From positions 300,001 to 332,000 of the forward strand of contig CAZETV010000001.1 in assembly GCA_964514965.1 (NCBI GenBank): a stretch of DNA of 32,000 bases, written 5' to 3'. The notes below the pieces were generated by a model. It had not been told where the DNA came from. It saw only the letters and a program-made list of their open reading frames with translations, and searched no databases. Numbering within the stretch: position 1 is the stretch's first letter; each line of letters starts with the position of its first letter. This DNA comes from Candidatus Hadarchaeota archaeon. Lineage in GTDB: Archaea; Hadarchaeota; Hadarchaeia; Hadarchaeales; Hadarchaeaceae. Below, piece after piece: positions 1 through 9,741 of this stretch. The position numbers and the translations under genes were made by a program.

Positions 1-1
1 C

Positions 2-358
2 GGAAAGGGAAAGTGGGAGGTTTACATTAGTGGCGGGACGAAACCGACAGGCATTGATATGATCGAGTGGGCAAAAAAAGTCGAGTCACTTGGCGCAGGC
101 GAAATCCTTTACACGGGAATCAACACCGATGGCACGCGAGAGGGCTACGACCTTGATGGAACACGAGCGGTAGTCGAAGCTGTCAGCATACCGGTTATCG
201 CTTCTGGCGGTGCGGGCAAACTTGAGGATATCTACAATGTATTAACCACCGCTCAAGCAGATGCCGCATTAGCCGCAAGCATCTTTCACTTCGGCGTCTA
301 CACAGTCGAACAAGTCAAACGCTACCTGCGAGACCGTGGAGTAGCGGTAAGGATATAA
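2..358 (+). CDS. hisF: Imidazole glycerol phosphate synthase subunit HisF, C-terminal part (gene begins before window)
   Basis: Open frame from base 2 reads [50 protein letters not shown]..., typical of the HisF C-terminal half; followed by other his genes. Confidence 0.93.
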   Translation, partial: GKGKWEVYISGGTKPTGIDMIEWAKKVESLGAGEILYTGINTDGTREGYDLDGTRAVVEAVSIPVIASGGAGKLEDIYNVLTTAQADAALAASIFHFGVYTVEQVKRYLRDRGVAVRI

Positions 359-366
359 TCGAGGTT

Positions 367-1668
367 ATGATGATGTTGAAAATTGTTCGCCTTCAGGAAT
401 GCTCGCGAGCGGGACGTAGGGAACTACTCAAGCGCTCTGAACTCGATGTCTCCTCAGTCATTCTTAAAGCGGCCAAAATCGTGACCGATGTGCGGGAGCG
501 GGGCGACAAAGCTCTCATCGAATACACGAAGAACTTCGACGGTGCCAAACTTGGCCGAAAGCAACTCCCTGTTAGTAAGAAAGAGATAGATGCTGCTTAC
601 AAGCAAGTCGATGCAAAAACAGTAAAGACGATTAAACGCGCTGCAGCGGAAATCGAAAAATTTCACCGCAAACAACTTCCACGTGAGTGGTCAACAAAGC
701 TCCAGCCCGGAATTAGCGCCGGGCAACTCGTGCGCCCTTTGGCGAGAGTAGGCGTTTATATCCCTGGTGGGCTGGCGAGCTACCCCTCAAGCGCGCTCAT
801 GGCTGCAATTCCGGCGCGAATTGCTGGGGTCGAGCAAATAATTGCATGCACACCGCCCAAGAAGGACGGTAGAGTTAACGCCGCCGTGCTAGTAGCTGCT
901 GATGTGGCAGGTATCGATGCAGTTTTCAAGGTTGGAGGTGCTCAGGCGATAGCGGCGATGACATATGGCACTGCGACGGTCCCAAAGGTCGACAAGATAG
1001 TCGGGCCGGGCAACGTCTATGTAGTTGCGGCCAAACAAGTGGTCGCCCCAAATGTCGACGTAGATTTTGCCGCAGGCCCAAGCGAGGTTTTAATCATCGC
1101 GGATGCTTCAGCCAATCCAGCGTACATCGCGGCGGACATGTTGGCGCAGGCTGAACATGACCCAGCGGCGGCGGCGATGCTCGTAACGACATCTTTGGAA
1201 CTCACGTCAAAGGTTTTCGAGTCGCTTGAGAAAATGGTTGAAGAAAACCCGCGAGCAGAAATTATACAACAAGCACTCGGCAAGTACGGGCGAGCAGTAG
1301 TAACGGCCAATCTCCAGCAGGCGATAGAATTCGCGAACGACTATGCACCTGAACATCTTGAGCTAATGGTGAAGCGCCCAAAACAAATCTTGAATCGGTT
1401 AAAAAACGCGGGCGCAATTTTTATCGGACCTTACTCACCAGTAGCAGCGGGTGATTTTGCGGTGGGGCCCAATCATATCCTCCCCACGGGTAGTACAGCT
1501 CGCAGGCGTTCGGGCATTTCGGTTTTGGATTTCGTTCGGCTGCCCACAGTACAGGAACTCACGAAGCGTGGCTTGAAACGAGTCGCCGCAATTGTGGAAA
1601 GACTCGCAGAAGTGGAAGGTCTACCCGGGCATGCCCAAAGTATCAAAGAGAGGTTAAAGGAAGGGTGA
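367..1668 (+). CDS. hisD: Histidinol dehydrogenase
   Basis: 433 aa with [28 protein letters not shown] and GPNHILPTG motifs of HisD; in his cluster. True start may be one of the consecutive ATG/TTG codons at 367-379. Confidence 0.96.
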   Translation: MMMLKIVRLQECSRAGRRELLKRSELDVSSVILKAAKIVTDVRERGDKALIEYTKNFDGAKLGRKQLPVSKKEIDAAYKQVDAKTVKTIKRAAAEIEKFHRKQLPREWSTKLQPGISAGQLVRPLARVGVYIPGGLASYPSSALMAAIPARIAGVEQIIACTPPKKDGRVNAAVLVAADVAGIDAVFKVGGAQAIAAMTYGTATVPKVDKIVGPGNVYVVAAKQVVAPNVDVDFAAGPSEVLIIADASANPAYIAADMLAQAEHDPAAAAMLVTTSLELTSKVFESLEKMVEENPRAEIIQQALGKYGRAVVTANLQQAIEFANDYAPEHLELMVKRPKQILNRLKNAGAIFIGPYSPVAAGDFAVGPNHILPTGSTARRRSGISVLDFVRLPTVQELTKRGLKRVAAIVERLAEVEGLPGHAQSIKERLKEG

Positions 1669-1955
1669 AAATGGGAACCGAAATTTTGGATGAGGTTTTC
1701 AACGTGATCGAAGACCGTCGTGAAAAACCGAGACGGAGCTCCTACGTATCGGGCCTGCTAGCAAAGGGTGAGGCGGAGGTAATTGGTAAGTTTGAGGAAG
1801 AAGCTGATGAACTCAGCATCGCAGCGAAGGGTTGTGAAAAGGCGAATACAATACATGAGGCAGCCGATGTGATATTTCACCTGATTGTACTTCTAGCGGC
1901 GAAGGGCATTCGATTGGACGAAGTCATGGAAGAACTTAAGCGAAGGCGGCGGTGA
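1665..1955 (+). CDS. hisE: Phosphoribosyl-ATP pyrophosphatase
   Basis: 96 aa, KFEEEADELSIAAKG...HEAADVIFHLIVLLAAKGI; start overlaps hisD stop. Confidence 0.9.
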   Translation: MKMGTEILDEVFNVIEDRREKPRRSSYVSGLLAKGEAEVIGKFEEEADELSIAAKGCEKANTIHEAADVIFHLIVLLAAKGIRLDEVMEELKRRRR

Positions 1956-2368
1956 TCGTTTTGAAGGTAAATCCAGCTAGAGCGCGATCGATTGCAAAAA
2001 TCCTCAAGTTTAAAGGTGGGTTTGTCACAGCTGTGGCAAGAGATTTTCGAACAAAACAAGTACTCATGGTAGCGCAACAGAACAAACAAGCGGTGTTGAA
2101 AACTCTGACGACCGGCTTGATGCACTACTGGAGCCGCTCGAGGCGAAAACTATGGCTGAAGGGCGAGCAATCAAAGCATTATCAACGAGTTCGCGACGTA
2201 TGGGTCGATTGCGACGGAGATGCCTTGATTTTCGATGTCGAGCAGAAGGGCGCTGCGTGCCACAAGGGTTATTACTCATGCTTCTACCGCAAGCTCAAGC
2301 GGGGCAAGCTCGTGCGAGTGCTCAAGCAAAAGTTCAAACCCGAGAAAGTGTATAATCAATCCAAGTGA
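1952..2368 (+). CDS. hisI: Phosphoribosyl-AMP cyclohydrolase
   Basis: YWSRSRRKLWLKGE, VDCDGDA and GAACHKGYYSCFYR motifs of HisI; GTG start overlaps hisE stop. Confidence 0.95.
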   Translation: MIVLKVNPARARSIAKILKFKGGFVTAVARDFRTKQVLMVAQQNKQAVLKTLTTGLMHYWSRSRRKLWLKGEQSKHYQRVRDVWVDCDGDALIFDVEQKGAACHKGYYSCFYRKLKRGKLVRVLKQKFKPEKVYNQSK

Positions 2369-2433
2369 ATAACTCACATGTGAGTAGCAGGTTGGTGTCG
2401 CCTTTGTCCGGGGATCTCCTTAGGGTGTTTTAG

Positions 2434-3318
2434 ATGGGGATATCTGGAAGAACGCTCGAGGCTTTCAGACGGAGTTCCTCAGCGATATCATTTGTCATAG
2501 CCTTGAGCTTGCTCGTGATGACACTGAGCACAGGCTACCACATTTTTGCATACAATTCATCGGAGTTTCTAGAACAATCAGATGTGCAGGAATATGAAAA
2601 CGCAATTGCGACAGTCTCGCAGATGGATGAGTGGACGCTAACTAATTTTTATTGGTCAAACAACTTGAGGATAGTCGGTTTCTACATAGTCGGGATTCCA
2701 TCTTACTTCAGCTTTGATTCGCTGATGTTCAATGAATACACGATCGGCATAAATCTCGCATATTGGTATCACGCTTACGGCGCGGTAGTTTTTTTGATGT
2801 TTTTGTCAGGTCTCTTCCTTCACGGCGTGCTTGAACTTACAGGGATTTTCATTGTTGTAGCGATCACATTGCGAGTAGCTTGGAGCTTCTGGAAAGGTAT
2901 AGGACACCTGATGACATCGACAAGAAATAACAATCGGTTCCGGAAACTTTTAAACAGCACAACACAAGAAATCCGAAAAAGTGAAAGCGAAGTCAAAGAA
3001 TTGTTGGTTGATTTTCTTGTGCTCACATCATTCGGAGCATTTTTGATATTTCTCGCGGCACCCATCGAGGCCTACATTTCCCCCGCATTTATGGGTGCAT
3101 TTGTTGGAGTATTACCGTTAGCCATAACTTTTCTAGCAATTATCGCTTTCTTCTACCTATCCATCTTTATTTGGGGCCTGGGAACGATGAAAAGAGATAT
3201 TAGAGAGGTATATGACGACATTAAACTCGCTTTTGAGCGCAAGTGGCGACCTACCCATCTTTCACTTCTAATATTTGTGATATTTTTTTCTATTATGATG
3301 CTCAGCTTATTGATTTGA
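2434..3318 (+). CDS. Multi-pass membrane protein of unknown function
   Basis: 294 aa with several hydrophobic segments (FVIALSLLVMTLSTGY, AVVFLMFLSGLFLHG, LTGIFIVVAITLRV, FLVLTSFGAFLIFLAAP, LPLAITFLAIIAFFYL, LLIFVIFFSIMMLSL). Confidence 0.7.
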   Translation: MGISGRTLEAFRRSSSAISFVIALSLLVMTLSTGYHIFAYNSSEFLEQSDVQEYENAIATVSQMDEWTLTNFYWSNNLRIVGFYIVGIPSYFSFDSLMFNEYTIGINLAYWYHAYGAVVFLMFLSGLFLHGVLELTGIFIVVAITLRVAWSFWKGIGHLMTSTRNNNRFRKLLNSTTQEIRKSESEVKELLVDFLVLTSFGAFLIFLAAPIEAYISPAFMGAFVGVLPLAITFLAIIAFFYLSIFIWGLGTMKRDIREVYDDIKLAFERKWRPTHLSLLIFVIFFSIMMLSLLI

Positions 3319-3391
3319 GCGTTTAAACTTTAGCAACCGCAAAGGAAAGCTTGAAAAGGCAGTAAAGAATTAGAATAACGGAAAGTTTCAG

Positions 3392-4573
3392 GTGGGAATA
3401 GTGAAGTATATCGTCATAGTTGGAGACGGAATGGCAGACTACCCCCTCAAAAAGCTAGGTGGTAAAACACCTCTCGAGGTCGCCGACAAACCAAACATAG
3501 ATTCTATCGCATTCAAGGGAAAAATGGGAGTTTTAAAAACAGTCCCTGATGGCATGGTTCCAGGTTCAGATGTGGCGAATCTCTCCATTTTGGGGTTCGA
3601 CCCTAGGCAGTATTACACTGGAAGAGGACCCTTAGAAGCGGGCAGTATGGGGGTTGAGTTAGGGGACGAGGATACTGCTTTTAGGTGTAATTTAATCACC
3701 GAAAAAGACGGAAAGGTTCTCGATTATTCTTCTGGACATATTTCTACCGAGGAAGCCAGAGAATTGGTCGAGGAAATGAAAAAATTAGGAATTGGGGAAT
3801 TTTACATAGGGATTAGCTATAGGCACTTATTTGTTATGCGAAACTGCAACCCGAAAATCCAAACTACTCCACCACATGACATCGTTGGAGAGTGCATCTC
3901 AGATCATTTGATAAAACCTCAGAATAGCGAAATAGTGCAGAAGCTTAACCAGTTCATGATGGATTCCAAGGATGTTCTCTCGAAACATCCAGTAAATATC
4001 GCGAGGGTCAAACAGGGAAAAAACCCCGCAAATATGATTTGGTTATGGAGTAATGGAAAAAAGCCAAAGCTGGAGAAACTGAAAGAGAAATATGGACTCA
4101 GCGCAGCGATGATTTCTGCTGTCCCGCTGATAAAAGGCATCGGAGTTTACACCGGTATGGAAATCGTCAACGTGCCCGGCGCAACTGGGTATTACGACAC
4201 AAATTACGAAGGAAAAGCGGAGTACGCTCTCAAGGCACTCGAAAACAACGACTTCGTTTACGTGCATGCGGAAGCACCGGACGAGGCTGGGCACGTGGGA
4301 GACTTAGAGATGAAAATAAAGACCATAGAAGATTTGGACAAGAGATTGGTTGGTAGAATTTTGGATGGAGCAGAGGAATGCAAAATAGCTATACTACCAG
4401 ACCACCCGACTCCCATCAAAGTCCGAATGCATGTCTCTGACCCAGTTCCATTCGCGATTTATGCGCCTAACTCAAGTGGGGATAAACTCCGCTTTAACGA
4501 GTCTTCAGCTAAAATGGGCTCGTTTGGGTCTATCGTTGGAGAGGAGTTCATGAAATTGCTCCTCACCGTCTAG
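3392..4573 (+). CDS. apgM: 2,3-bisphosphoglycerate-independent phosphoglycerate mutase (archaeal ApgM type)
   Basis: VIVGDGMADYPL, TVPDGMVPGSDVANLSILGFDP, YVHAEAPDEAGHVGD, ILPDHPTP metalloenzyme motifs. Confidence 0.93.
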   Translation: MGIVKYIVIVGDGMADYPLKKLGGKTPLEVADKPNIDSIAFKGKMGVLKTVPDGMVPGSDVANLSILGFDPRQYYTGRGPLEAGSMGVELGDEDTAFRCNLITEKDGKVLDYSSGHISTEEARELVEEMKKLGIGEFYIGISYRHLFVMRNCNPKIQTTPPHDIVGECISDHLIKPQNSEIVQKLNQFMMDSKDVLSKHPVNIARVKQGKNPANMIWLWSNGKKPKLEKLKEKYGLSAAMISAVPLIKGIGVYTGMEIVNVPGATGYYDTNYEGKAEYALKALENNDFVYVHAEAPDEAGHVGDLEMKIKTIEDLDKRLVGRILDGAEECKIAILPDHPTPIKVRMHVSDPVPFAIYAPNSSGDKLRFNESSAKMGSFGSIVGEEFMKLLLTV

Positions 4574-4593
4574 AACGAATTATCAACAGCATT

Positions 4594-5679
4594 TCAGGAC
4601 TCGCTTTTTATAGCTTCTGATATCGCCCCAGCCATTTCTCCCGTACCCACAGCTGAAGAATCACGGGGATCCTCCTTCATGTCGTAGGTTACGTACTTGC
4701 CCTCGGCGATTATTTTGGCTACGGCGCCTTCCAGTTTTTGCGCAGCACTTTTTTCTCCCAAATATCGCAACATCATCACCCCTGAGAGAATCGCAGCCGT
4801 AGGATTCACTTTGTTTAGCCCCGCATATTTAGGGGCGCTACCATGCGTCGGTTCAAAAACAGCTATTTTATCGCCGATGTTTCCTCCGGGTGCGACACCT
4901 AGCCCACCAACCAAGCCAGCACAAAGGTCGGAAATTATATCTCCGTACAAGTTTGGTGCTACTATCACATCGTATAATGTAGGCTTCTGCACAAGCTGCA
5001 TGCACATGTTGTCGACAATCCGATCCTCAAATGCTATCCCGGGGAATTCCTGCGCCACCTTTCGGGCAGCCTCCAGAAAAATGCCATCCGAATATTTCAT
5101 TATGTTAGCTTTGTGCACGGCTGTAACTTTTTTACGTTCATTTTTTAGCGCATACGTGAAAGCGAAGCGCACGATTCGCTCAGACGCAAAACGAGAAATC
5201 GGTTTTAAACTTATCCCTGCATCACGGCCTATCTCTACTTTTTTCTTTTCTTTCACAAACTCGGTAAACTCCTTCGTTTCTGAGAGCCCTTCGGCAAATT
5301 CTATCCCTGCGTATAGGTCTTCAGTATTCTCCCGCACGACTACGAGGTCGATGTTGGTATACTTTGAACGCACTCCTGGATACCATTTACAAGGTCTTAG
5401 GCATGCGTACAAATCTAGCGCCTTCCGCATGGCTACATTGACACTGCGGAATCCTGAACCTACGGGCGTGGTTATCGGTCCTTTCAGGGCAACTTTATTC
5501 TTACTGATAGACTGGAGAACTTCTTCAGGCAGAGGGGTACCATACCTTTTTATGCTCCCTACCCCTGCCTCCACCTCCTCCCATTGAATTTGAGCGCCTG
5601 TGGCCTCGATGCACTTTTTCGCAGCGTCGATTACCTCTGGGCCTACCCCGTCACCAGGGATTAAAGTGACTGTATGCAT
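4594..5679 (-). CDS. Isocitrate/isopropylmalate dehydrogenase family; motif favours isocitrate (NAD-type) dehydrogenase
   Basis: [60 protein letters not shown]-like [25 protein letters not shown]. The serine in RSVNVAMRK is like isocitrate dehydrogenases. Confidence 0.88.
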   Translation of the reverse strand: MHTVTLIPGDGVGPEVIDAAKKCIEATGAQIQWEEVEAGVGSIKRYGTPLPEEVLQSISKNKVALKGPITTPVGSGFRSVNVAMRKALDLYACLRPCKWYPGVRSKYTNIDLVVVRENTEDLYAGIEFAEGLSETKEFTEFVKEKKKVEIGRDAGISLKPISRFASERIVRFAFTYALKNERKKVTAVHKANIMKYSDGIFLEAARKVAQEFPGIAFEDRIVDNMCMQLVQKPTLYDVIVAPNLYGDIISDLCAGLVGGLGVAPGGNIGDKIAVFEPTHGSAPKYAGLNKVNPTAAILSGVMMLRYLGEKSAAQKLEGAVAKIIAEGKYVTYDMKEDPRDSSAVGTGEMAGAISEAIKSES

Positions 5680-5688
5680 GTACCGCCC

Positions 5689-6993
5689 CTACTCTATTTT
5701 AAAGCCGGCCTTCTGCGCGTACTGTTTGAATTCATCGTCTCTTATCGGATATCTCCTCTCTCCTGTGACGAATTTATTTTTAAGAAGTTCTACAATCTCT
5801 GCTAGCCTAGGATCATCTTCCTCAATTTTTTGACCCGTCAATTCCTCCAATTTGAGTCTTACGCCATGTTTTCCCGACCTCTTCCCGACCACTATCGTTC
5901 GCTTCTGGCCGACGAGTTCCGGCGGAAATGGCTCGTATGTCAACGGGAGAGCCAGCAGCCCATGGATGTGTATCCCCGACTCGTGGGCGAATGCGGCATC
6001 ACCAACTATCGCCTTGTTCAGAGGTAGTTGATACTTGAGAGACGCAGCGAGAAAAGTTGCCAGCTCCCGAAAGGGCTGTAAGTTCCACTTTTTGATATCG
6101 TGGTGCATGTAACAGTTCAGAATTATTTTCTCGGTCTCAGCATTTCCAGCTCTATCCCCAATACCGAGGAAAGTGGTGCTCGCATACACTTTGTCAAACA
6201 AACCAGACGCTGCTCTGATCGCCGCCATCGTGTTCTCGACCGCGTTGCCAAGGTCATCGTGCGCGTGTATCTCCACGTTTGGAATCTTTGTATCCTCCTT
6301 TATTCGCCTAATCTTGGCTGGGATTCCATTCGGCAGAGGGGCAGATACATCAGATAGACCGCATCCGATGGTATCGCATATCCGGTAAACACTCGCCCCA
6401 GCATCGGCCACTGCATTTATGAAGGCTCTCTCGAACTTCCAATCTGCTCGGGTGCTGTCCTCTCCATGGACGAAAACCGTGAGTCCATGTTCGACTGCAT
6501 ATGTTACGGTGTCGACCACTCGTTCGATGAGTTCCTGAAGCGATTTGTCGGTCCACTTCTCGAAGTGTATGTACGAAACCGGGTGAGAAACACCGACTTG
6601 TTTGAAGTCGAACTTCAGCGCTAGGTCGACATCAGCCCTAGTCGCCCTGCACCAAGCAGCCAGCATTTTTCCAAGTCCCTCATCCTGCATGAGCTTTATC
6701 GCCCCCTGGTCAGAATTTGTATAAGTGAGCACCTCGAGTCTTTCCACACCCGTGTCTCTGAGCATGCATGCTATGCGACAGGTATCGGCGGGACGCGGGC
6801 TAACGAGTCCTGCCATCTGCAACCCCTCCCTCAAAGTGGTGTCATCTATAACCACGTCGAGATTGAATGGCTGCGGTTTGTATACTACCTTCCTCAATTT
6901 TTCCCATTTCTTAGGGTCGAACTCCAGTGGAGAGAAACCTCTTATTTCCCCCAACTGTTCCCTCTTGGCCTTTTCCATCTCGTCGAAATTCAT
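5689..6993 (-). CDS. Homocitrate / isopropylmalate / Re-citrate synthase family enzyme (HMGL-like acyltransferase)
   Basis: DDTTLREGLQMAG, EIHAHDDLGNAVENTMAAI, HESGIHIHG motifs; 434 aa. Exact substrate not decidable from sequence. Confidence 0.82.
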   Translation of the reverse strand: MNFDEMEKAKREQLGEIRGFSPLEFDPKKWEKLRKVVYKPQPFNLDVVIDDTTLREGLQMAGLVSPRPADTCRIACMLRDTGVERLEVLTYTNSDQGAIKLMQDEGLGKMLAAWCRATRADVDLALKFDFKQVGVSHPVSYIHFEKWTDKSLQELIERVVDTVTYAVEHGLTVFVHGEDSTRADWKFERAFINAVADAGASVYRICDTIGCGLSDVSAPLPNGIPAKIRRIKEDTKIPNVEIHAHDDLGNAVENTMAAIRAASGLFDKVYASTTFLGIGDRAGNAETEKIILNCYMHHDIKKWNLQPFRELATFLAASLKYQLPLNKAIVGDAAFAHESGIHIHGLLALPLTYEPFPPELVGQKRTIVVGKRSGKHGVRLKLEELTGQKIEEDDPRLAEIVELLKNKFVTGERRYPIRDDEFKQYAQKAGFKIE

Positions 6994-7068
6994 ATTTAAC
7001 CCTCCTTTTTTGGGTTTTTACATATATAAAGCTTTTCTTTACATAAGTAAAGTACCAAAAATTAATGG

Positions 7069-8139
7069 TTAGAAGTGCCTAAAGAAACTCAGCCCCTCAA
7101 CGTGAATCTTCCCAGAACCCCCGAGTTGTCCATCTACTCCAAATTTGACGCCGATGATTTGTTCGACGAGCGAGATGTTTGTGATGGTGTGGGAAGTCAG
7201 TTCGGTGCTGGTTATGTCCGAAATTCCATCTGCGAGCGCCATGTATGGGACGAGCTGGTCTGCGAGGTGGCAGTCAACCGCACAACCAGTATCCAACTGC
7301 CTAGCTAAGCTCTCAGCTGCCTCCCGACCCACCTGCTCGGCTGGTTTCCCAAGCTTTCCCAAAGAACTGGCCCCCAAGATTCCACCGCGTTCTGTCTCAG
7401 CCCACAGCACGATTCCAGCTCCGGGACCGAGATGAGGGTCACGTGCTGGCTCGTAGGACTCGGATTTGATGTCCACCTTGGAGTAGCCAGCTTTGATCAG
7501 CGCCATGCTTGCTGCGTGAGACATGCGAGTTGCGATGTGGGATGGTAAGCGAACGCAGTGAGCCACACCAGCGATGCGAACCACCTCTCCAAGATCCGTT
7601 AACTTGAGCGCTTGCAACTTTTCGACGGGTTCTATGTGAGTGCATACGATTCCCCCACCTCGTGGATAGTGGCCCCTGCGAACGCACTTAACCTCACCCC
7701 GATACCCCATCTTACACAGTGCTGGCAGAGTGACATTTTTTAGAAAGTCGATAGGTGGTGCTAGTGGATTATCAGTCCCGCCGGTGATTTCAACATCCAC
7801 AGGCTTGCGCGCAAAAGCTGCGGCGGGCATCAGGATTTGCAGAATTAGCGTGATGCTGCCCGCGGTCCCTATGTCGACGCGATATCTGCCACCATCTATA
7901 GTGCTGGGCTCGAATTTGAGTTCCTCCGAGTGAAGCCCCAGTCCTTCAACTCGAGCATTCGTGAGTTCAGCGAGAGCTTTGACGCCGTGCATGTGTTGGG
8001 GCTGGAGCCCGGGCTTCGTCCGTTTCGCGCGGATGTTGTAAATGTGGATGGGCTTTTGGCTAACTGCACTCAACGCTAACGCCGTGCGAAGTACTGCTCC
8101 TCCGCCCTCGCCGATTGAACCGTCAACCTCAATCATCAA
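7069..8139 (-). CDS. rtcA: RNA 3'-terminal phosphate cyclase
   Basis: GSIGEGGGAVLRTALALS, GRYRVDIGTAGSITLILQ, RRGHYPRGGG, LGPGAGIVLWAET. Confidence 0.95.
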   Translation of the reverse strand: MMIEVDGSIGEGGGAVLRTALALSAVSQKPIHIYNIRAKRTKPGLQPQHMHGVKALAELTNARVEGLGLHSEELKFEPSTIDGGRYRVDIGTAGSITLILQILMPAAAFARKPVDVEITGGTDNPLAPPIDFLKNVTLPALCKMGYRGEVKCVRRGHYPRGGGIVCTHIEPVEKLQALKLTDLGEVVRIAGVAHCVRLPSHIATRMSHAASMALIKAGYSKVDIKSESYEPARDPHLGPGAGIVLWAETERGGILGASSLGKLGKPAEQVGREAAESLARQLDTGCAVDCHLADQLVPYMALADGISDITSTELTSHTITNISLVEQIIGVKFGVDGQLGGSGKIHVEGLSFFRHF

Positions 8140-8180
8140 CAGAAATTAAGTGCTCTAGATATAAGAATTAAAAATGATAA

Positions 8181-9120
<940 letters not shown>

Positions 9121-9172
9121 CTAACGCTCGATGCTGGTTCGGAGCCCGGGTATAGGGCTGGGAAAGTACTGG

Positions 9173-9352
9173 TTAATAAGATTCTGAGAACGTCTTCACA
9201 ACCTGTGCGAGGATAATTGCTTCCCGACTGTCGTATTCCGACACCTTATGTTTGATATCAACGATTTTAGCTTCGGGATTCACCGAGAATCGTGCCCTTG
9301 ATTGCCCCAACGAAATGGCCCTTCGCCCAAATCAGAGGGAAGCGCAATAGCA
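9173..9352 (-). pseudogene. Decayed fragment of a DUF62 / SAM hydroxide adenosyltransferase (SAM hydrolase) gene
   Basis: Minus-strand reading across three frames gives AIALPSDLGEG / GHFVGAIKGTIL / SVNPEAKIVDIKHKVSEYDSREAIILAQVVKTFSESY*, matching the family pattern (IALxTDFGxxDxYVGAMKGVILSINPxAxIVDITHxVxxxDIREAAxxL) only if two frameshifts are allowed. Confidence 0.65.
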
Positions 9353-9403
9353 CTAAAGCTAATCTTACCTCATTCGCCTTAGTTTTCGGACTGTGAGAAA
9401 ATA

Positions 9404-9655
9404 TTACTTCTTCCCTTTGGTCTGATCGTACTGAGCCCAGTTCTTTACCCAATCTTGCTTTAGATTACCAAGCTTGTCCAAAACCATAGCTTTTATCTCG
9501 CTAGTCGGCATCTGGTCGCGCGCTGACTTTTCGACCTCGTCAGCAATGCTAGCGGCAACATCTGCTGGTGCTCCAACAGCTGTACACGCATTGACTATTT
9601 TCTGGCGCTGAAAAGGTTCGGTCTTGCCATCTCGTTTGGCAACTTGAATTGCCAT
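9404..9655 (-). CDS. Small standalone ATP-cone domain protein
   Basis: VAKRDGKTEPFQRQKIVNACTAVGAPADVAASIADEVEKSA..MPTSEIKAMVLDKL resembles the ATP-cone found in NrdR/ribonucleotide reductase; 83 aa. Confidence 0.7.
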   Translation of the reverse strand: MAIQVAKRDGKTEPFQRQKIVNACTAVGAPADVAASIADEVEKSARDQMPTSEIKAMVLDKLGNLKQDWVKNWAQYDQTKGKK

Positions 9656-9692
9656 CTACTACCCAATTATACATGAATCTAAGGACTTAATA

Positions 9693-9712
9693 AATTGAAA
9701 GCTTTTTCAATT
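9693..9712. promoter_or_regulatory. Inverted repeat upstream of thiC (candidate operator)
   Basis: AATTGAAA-GCTT-TTTCAATT, 8-bp perfect arms, 29 bp before the thiC start. Confidence 0.45.
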
Positions 9713-9741
9713 GAAGCCACAACTGATATTGAGGACGAGCT

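Noticed and set aside
4697-5587. 296-aa plus-strand ORF
   Set aside because: Fully antisense to the dehydrogenase gene, serine/proline-rich low-plausibility composition, no family motifs.
9267-9452. 61-aa minus ORF treated as a gene
   Set aside because: Its only recognisable part (GHFVGAIKGTIL) belongs to the frameshifted DUF62 remnant, so it is a pseudogene segment rather than a real gene.
9656-9741. TPP riboswitch in front of thiC
   Set aside because: The leader is short and lacks the conserved CUGAGA / thi-box sequences; only an inverted repeat is visible.
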